64,000 nucleotides of DNA. It comes from Fibrobacteria bacterium. Lineage in GTDB: Bacteria > Fibrobacterota > Fibrobacteria > UBA11236. The notes under the pieces were generated by a model, which saw only the letters and a program-made list of their open reading frames with translations, had not been told where the DNA came from and searched no databases. How positions within the stretch are numbered: the stretch's first letter is position 1; each line of letters starts with the position of its first letter. The translations under genes and the position numbers were made by a program. This document shows positions 59,159 to 64,000 of this stretch, piece after piece. The stretch is taken from contig JAYTHY010000023.1 in the NCBI GenBank assembly GCA_043732185.1, forward strand, positions 1 to 64,000, given 5' to 3'.

Positions 59159-60590
59159 GTTGCCGGTATGCTTCGCCAGCCGCCATCGCAACGGTCTCAT
59201 CGGGATCAGATAACAGACGTTTGGTATCCTCCAAGGCTAGCTTGTCGCTCAACTTAACCAAAGCGATCAATGCCTCACGGCGCATCTGAGGATCCGGGTC
59301 CGAGCACAAAGCCTTCAGCGGTTTTACGTAAACAGTGTCCTTGCTAAATGCCATTACCAAAACTGCTGGCACGCGCCGATTGCCTGCAGCGGTGTCCCCG
59401 GCCGTTTGAATCACCACCTCAGCACCCACAGGTCCAAGCGCCAACAACTGCCGCATGGTTTCACGGCTTTCCTTGGGATCCGATAGATCGGATTGCATTT
59501 TTTCTGCAATGGATTTGAGATAGGCCATGGCTTGGTTCTTGGAGGTTTTTAAGCCATCACTTCCTGCCCCATTACTGATAGAGTCTTGCCCTAAGGAATC
59601 CATCTTACTTTGCGCATGTCCGAAATTTGAATGCCCGCCAGCTTGCAATTGCGCAACCATTTGCTTCAAATCTTCAAGACTGGCAAGCTCCCGTTCCTGT
59701 TGAACATTTTTGACTTCCAGAATCGCAACCCGTTCAGGCAAGGTTAGTTTTTGGCGGTGCGGCACCCAGCCCAGTACCAGTAAGGATACGGTAATTCCGG
59801 GAGAATTGTAGCCGTCTTCGAGCGAGTGGGATGGGGTTAGAAAAAATCCCCAACGGCCTCCCTGTCGAATCCAAGATTGAAACTCAGTCATACCCAGCGA
59901 TAGGGCTACCAAATTTCGATATTTCCATTGGAAAGAGAGCACCTGGTGGAAATCCGAAAACCTTTCGAAGACTTCATAACCCAGATTTGCGCCCGCACCC
60001 AAATCCTGTTCTATTCCTGCATTTAAACTTCCAAACCCCTTAGTTGCATGGGTCAAAACGGACATCCCTAAATGCGCCCGAGTCATGCTAGCAAAGGATT
60101 TTGCAACGGTTACGTAACTTTCGCTTTGTAAGTTTTTTTGCGTATTGGTATTCGATACGCCGTAAAGACCAGCCTCTTGGCTTCCAAAAAGATTGCGCAC
60201 TCCAAATACCAAATCCGGCCATAATAAGTCCTCGCGCAATAACAAAGCCTTGATGGACAAGCTAAACGCTTGCCCATATTGAACGCCAATTTCAGCCCGG
60301 TTTTCGATGCCGAATAATATCTCAGAGCTGTAATTTAAACTTTGCACTTCCTTGGGTGTGGCCGAACTTGTCGTATCCAAAGCAGTAGGGTCAGGGCTAC
60401 CGATTGCAGAGCTCGTGAAATATTGGAACCGTCCGGAAAGTCGATACTGGCCGTGGACCAACACATTTGCAGAAGGAATTGCAAGCAGTACGGGAGAGTG
60501 TTGTGCAAATGGAATGGGTATGGCAGCAGAAAAAACCAGGCCCGGGATGGCCCAAAGAACTAAGAGCGCTTTATATTGTTTTTTCTCCAT
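59076..60590 (-). CDS. Exported protein: YjbH-like beta-strand domain, coiled coil, HEAT repeats
   Basis: Signal-like N-terminus, IPSANVL, alternating beta strands with aromatics, coiled coil (LPERVAILEV...), HEAT-like 'SDPDPQMRREA' and 'SDPDETVAMAA'. Confidence 0.7.
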   Translation of the reverse strand: MEKKQYKALLVLWAIPGLVFSAAIPIPFAQHSPVLLAIPSANVLVHGQYRLSGRFQYFTSSAIGSPDPTALDTTSSATPKEVQSLNYSSEILFGIENRAEIGVQYGQAFSLSIKALLLREDLLWPDLVFGVRNLFGSQEAGLYGVSNTNTQKNLQSESYVTVAKSFASMTRAHLGMSVLTHATKGFGSLNAGIEQDLGAGANLGYEVFERFSDFHQVLSFQWKYRNLVALSLGMTEFQSWIRQGGRWGFFLTPSHSLEDGYNSPGITVSLLVLGWVPHRQKLTLPERVAILEVKNVQQERELASLEDLKQMVAQLQAGGHSNFGHAQSKMDSLGQDSISNGAGSDGLKTSKNQAMAYLKSIAEKMQSDLSDPKESRETMRQLLALGPVGAEVVIQTAGDTAAGNRRVPAVLVMAFSKDTVYVKPLKALCSDPDPQMRREALIALVKLSDKLALEDTKRLLSDPDETVAMAAGEAYRQLTGEVAKPAPKAAPMRKRSKPSRSVKP

Positions 60591-61287
60591 GCAACCGGGC
60601 GGCTTCGGCGTCGTCAAGTCTCCGGTAACCGGATTCGGGCACATCGCCCAGACTCAAACCTCCGAAACGTATCCGCTGCAAGTCTACCACTTTATGGCCT
60701 AGGACTTCCAGCATTCGCCTGATTTCGCGATTTTTTCCCTCACGAAGGACCATTTCAAAGTGATCGTCCACGGCTTTCACCGAAACAGGCACAGCCAAAT
60801 CACCCGGTCCAATATCCATGCCTGAGCGCAATTTTTCCATTTCAATCGGATCCAATGGCTTGCGTGTCCAAACCTTGTACGTACGCGGCACTTCCCGACT
60901 CGGGTGCAAAAGATCGTGTGTCAAACCGCCATCATTGGTGAGAACGATTAAACCCCTACTGTTGAAATCCAAACGTCCTACATAATGGAGTTTTCGGAAT
61001 TCCAGGGGAAGAATGTCATATATGGTAGGTCTACCGAAGGGATCGGTGGCCGAACAGAGGTAACCGGCAGGTTTATGGAAAAGAATGTATTCATGTTCTT
61101 GCGGGGGCTTGGCCGGCCTGGAATGGACTTCGACTTTTTGGCCCTCTTCAATACGACAGGAAAGATTCGTAACGGTTTCGCCATCGACTTTCACCGCACC
61201 TTCACGAATTAATGCCTCGACATTACGCCTGCTGCCTAGGCCGCACAGGGCCAAATACCGATTTATACGCATGGAACCATCGCTCAT
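60571..61287 (-). CDS. rRNA pseudouridine synthase (RluB/RsuA family)
   Basis: S4 domain RINRYLA..GLGSRR, KPAGY, VGRLD, EGKNREIRRM. Confidence 0.93.
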   Translation of the reverse strand: MSDGSMRINRYLALCGLGSRRNVEALIREGAVKVDGETVTNLSCRIEEGQKVEVHSRPAKPPQEHEYILFHKPAGYLCSATDPFGRPTIYDILPLEFRKLHYVGRLDFNSRGLIVLTNDGGLTHDLLHPSREVPRTYKVWTRKPLDPIEMEKLRSGMDIGPGDLAVPVSVKAVDDHFEMVLREGKNREIRRMLEVLGHKVVDLQRIRFGGLSLGDVPESGYRRLDDAEAARLHGEKTI

Positions 61288-62189
61288 TGTAGTACCGGCC
61301 GATTCTGGGAGGTGTGTTGCCCAAGCCATTCAAGTATAACCCCATAACGGACGCCTCGGTCGGAAACGGTAAACTGTGAACAAGCCGCTTTCTTAAGAAA
61401 ACTTTCCAGAAGGCAAAGCCCTGGTATTAATATATCCATGCGACCAAGATCCATACCGGGTAGGGCGGCATATTGGGTGGCAGACAATTTTCTGAGCAAG
61501 TCTATTTTGGCCGTAACTTGGTTCAAACTCAACGGCAGACCTTCCAAGGCAATCGAATCAAATACCGGCAACTTGAGCTCCAACATGGCCAAAGCCGCAG
61601 CTGTGCCTCCCACTACAACCAGCTCCATGGGAACGGGCCTGTTGCCCAATTCGGAATCAAAGGCGTGCAAGGATCGCTGCCTGCATTCCTCAGGATTCTT
61701 TCCAACTGCCTCCATTAAACTCACGGCGCCAAGGGGCAAAGACCAACTTTTCCCGCCATGTTGCAATTCTATGCTCCCGCCACCAATATCGAGCACAGCC
61801 AAATTTGAATGTGCATATCGATTCGCAACGGCCGCGTAGCTCAATTCCGATTCTTGCTGGCCGGACAAAATGCGCACCTGTAAACCTAGCAGCGTGGATA
61901 TTTTTTCCAGAAGTGCCGTGACATTTCCAGCCGCACGAAATGCCTGCGTGGCAACAGCGCCCACCAAAGTCGCATCGAATTTTTCCATCTCCAGCTGAAA
62001 GCCAATCAAGGCTTGCAGCAAGGATTGAAAGGACTCTTCCGAAATAAGACCCGTATTCTGCAAGTTACGACCCAGGCGCGGTACGGCAATTTTTTGCTGG
62101 ACGGGAACCAATAGGGATCCATTGTATTCGGCAATCAGCAGTATCGCCGAATTGGACCCAATATCAATGGATGCATATCTTTCCATCAC
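61284..62189 (-). CDS. Ppx/GppA family phosphatase (short form)
   Basis: IDIGSNS, RLG, ATQAFR, DIGGGS, GGT, GVRYG. Confidence 0.9.
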   Translation of the reverse strand: MMERYASIDIGSNSAILLIAEYNGSLLVPVQQKIAVPRLGRNLQNTGLISEESFQSLLQALIGFQLEMEKFDATLVGAVATQAFRAAGNVTALLEKISTLLGLQVRILSGQQESELSYAAVANRYAHSNLAVLDIGGGSIELQHGGKSWSLPLGAVSLMEAVGKNPEECRQRSLHAFDSELGNRPVPMELVVVGGTAAALAMLELKLPVFDSIALEGLPLSLNQVTAKIDLLRKLSATQYAALPGMDLGRMDILIPGLCLLESFLKKAACSQFTVSDRGVRYGVILEWLGQHTSQNRPVLQ

Positions 62190-62536
62190 TCCGCATCTCC
62201 TAATCCTAATCGACGCCCCAATGTCTTACGCATTTCTTCGGGTTTAATCAGAAACTGCCGGGCAATGAGCATGGCGGCATCCACGGAATCCTTACCGTAG
62301 GTGAGCAGCCATCCTGCGACAAGATCAGCTGTATCCGAACCTAACGGCAGGCCCCGCTTTAATTCCATCGCCATTCCCAATGCAAGCCGGATGCCCATAC
62401 CCGCGCGAATTTTTTCTTCATCTTGGGTGGCCGCTAGCAAGGCGTCCAAGCGCTCCAGGCTTTCAGGAATATTTTCAGGGGGAGTGGGATCGATTCCCGA
62501 ATCCATATTCTCATCCGATTCCCACGCATCACTCAT
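62186..62536 (-). CDS. Hypothetical protein
   Basis: 116 aa ORF overlapping both neighbours by 4 bp (translational coupling). Confidence 0.75.
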   Translation of the reverse strand: MSDAWESDENMDSGIDPTPPENIPESLERLDALLAATQDEEKIRAGMGIRLALGMAMELKRGLPLGSDTADLVAGWLLTYGKDSVDAAMLIARQFLIKPEEMRKTLGRRLGLGDAE

Positions 62537-64000
62537 GCTACTGCAACCTTTTCTTCCAGGGTAAAATCATGCTTATAAATGGGCATACTTCTCAACATTT
62601 CGGCATCCGATTCCAACAGCCCTGCGAATGCCAGATAAGGACTGATACTGGAGCCACTGGGGCGCGTTCTAATGCGGACACACAACTCTCCAGCCTCCAT
62701 CCAAACCGCTTCGATTTCCTCGGAAATATCGATATCCTTTTCTCGATTTTTATGGATCCGGCGGTACGTATCCTCCGTGTACCTTTCCAGTCCTGCCTCT
62801 AGGACGGGCAGCCCACCGGGAAAATCCCCGGACCGGTATTCGACGGCAGCCGTATACGGCATTTTTGATTTGGAAACTTCCCTGATGCTGAGCACATCCA
62901 TGCCATCGGGTAGCATAGCAGAAAGCCGCTCGCATTGCTGACGCAAATCGCCCGCCAATCGTTCGCGCATTTCCAGTACCAACAGTTCCTTTCGGGATTC
63001 CAATCCCAGAGGCAATGCGCCGGTATTCTTGATAATGGGTCGACGGTTAAAGCCTTCGGAATAATTCAATTTCATTTTCTGGCGTCGGAAAGCCCTCTCA
63101 AAAATATCCATGGTATTCTGATGCGCAATATAGCGGGACAGTCCCGTTTTGCGATAGGTCAGGTGATAGGCGAACACCCCGGAGCGACGGTCTTTGCGGG
63201 CATTTGCCAAGGCGCGGATTTCTTCCGGCGTTCGACTCTTGGCCTGATACACTTCGGGCGGTGGCGAAAGCTTGGTGTCCAGACCATTTCCGGGAATTCC
63301 GCATTTCTGACAATCGCCCCACTTGCAATCTGGAACCGGTGCGCTATCCTCCTTGAGCATTTTCTTGTATTCATTTTTAAGAAAGCCCTTGTTGGCGCCC
63401 GCATGAATGAAATCCCAGGGAAAAACTTCGTCCAAACCTCGTTCCTGAAAAATCCGATCCTGATCATAGCCATGCTCGGCCCAAATGTCCTTCCAACCCG
63501 CGTAGTTGAAATGCTCGGTAAAGGACTCGAAAATCATATCCTTCTTATACGCCGCATAAATAAGCGGAGCGAGTTTGCGATCGCCACGGGAGTAGAAACT
63601 TTCCACATGGGCCAATCCATAATCCGACCAGCTGATGCGGACGCTCTTTACATATTTGAAGGCTTCTCTCACAAAACGGATATGGCGCATGACTTCCTCT
63701 TCCGCATGGAAGGGAACCCATTGCATGGGCGTAAAGGGTTTGGGCACCAGTATGCCTATGCTGGCGTGGATGGTATTGCGACGATTGTATTTCTGAGCGA
63801 TGGTATTGAGCTTGTCGATGAGACCACAAAAGGCCCGCATATCGTCCAGATTTTCAGTTGGCAGACCAACCATGGTATACAGTTTCACGTTGGAAAAGCC
63901 GTTGGCGAATACGCTTTCGGCGGCTTCGTACATATCCTTATCGCTAATAGTTTTATTGATCATTTTGCGCAAACGTTCGGAACCGGTTTCCGGTGCAAAG
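62533..64000 (-). CDS. B12-binding radical SAM protein (TIGR03960-like) fused to a TIGR03936/DUF2344-like domain; 5' part outside the window
   Basis: APETGSERLR, KLYTMVGLPTE, VPKPFTPMQW, PWDFI, DC...C..CG, then Y.K.G..RYIAH...YSEGFN...LPLG. Confidence 0.88.
   Translation of the reverse strand, partial: FAPETGSERLRKMINKTISDKDMYEAAESVFANGFSNVKLYTMVGLPTENLDDMRAFCGLIDKLNTIAQKYNRRNTIHASIGILVPKPFTPMQWVPFHAEEEVMRHIRFVREAFKYVKSVRISWSDYGLAHVESFYSRGDRKLAPLIYAAYKKDMIFESFTEHFNYAGWKDIWAEHGYDQDRIFQERGLDEVFPWDFIHAGANKGFLKNEYKKMLKEDSAPVPDCKWGDCQKCGIPGNGLDTKLSPPPEVYQAKSRTPEEIRALANARKDRRSGVFAYHLTYRKTGLSRYIAHQNTMDIFERAFRRQKMKLNYSEGFNRRPIIKNTGALPLGLESRKELLVLEMRERLAGDLRQQCERLSAMLPDGMDVLSIREVSKSKMPYTAAVEYRSGDFPGGLPVLEAGLERYTEDTYRRIHKNREKDIDISEEIEAVWMEAGELCVRIRTRPSGSSISPYLAFAGLLESDAEMLRSMPIYKHDFTLEEKVAVA

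Overview
Bacterial chromosomal window with no rRNA, tRNA or CRISPR array seen. The fibro-slime domain, AgmX-type motor genes and TAnnTTT(G) promoter-like boxes suggest a Fibrobacterota/FCB-group organism (inference). From left to right: (1) a two-gene surface-protein locus on the minus strand, with an Ig-repeat protein and a >2500 aa fibro-slime/Ig/Gly-rich-repeat/PASTA/CARDB protein whose 3' end appears cut by an IS at the window edge; (2) gltBD and a YqgE/AlgH gene; (3) an orphan protein with two C-x4-C...C-x2-H motifs, followed by a non-coding element of two hairpins with identical loops and a strong terminator; (4) a GT2/GT-C/GT2 trio, cysG, metG, a DEAD-box helicase and map; (5) a signalling cluster (Ser/Thr kinase, degenerate GGDEF protein with intact RxxD I-site, sigma54 activator, HTH protein) next to obgE, which has a consensus sigma54 promoter; (6) an about 17 kb tightly coupled run joining an ExbB/ExbD/ExbD/AgmX-like motor to a Wza/Wzc/Wzx/Wzy polysaccharide pathway; (7) housekeeping genes (mltG, polyprenyl synthase, prmA, hemE, queA, pseudouridine synthase, Ppx/GppA, partial radical SAM) plus a beta-barrel/HEAT fusion. 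The best novelty candidates are the CCCH-protein plus twin-loop RNA module and the motor-polysaccharide operon. All family calls come from reading motifs by eye; no searches were run.
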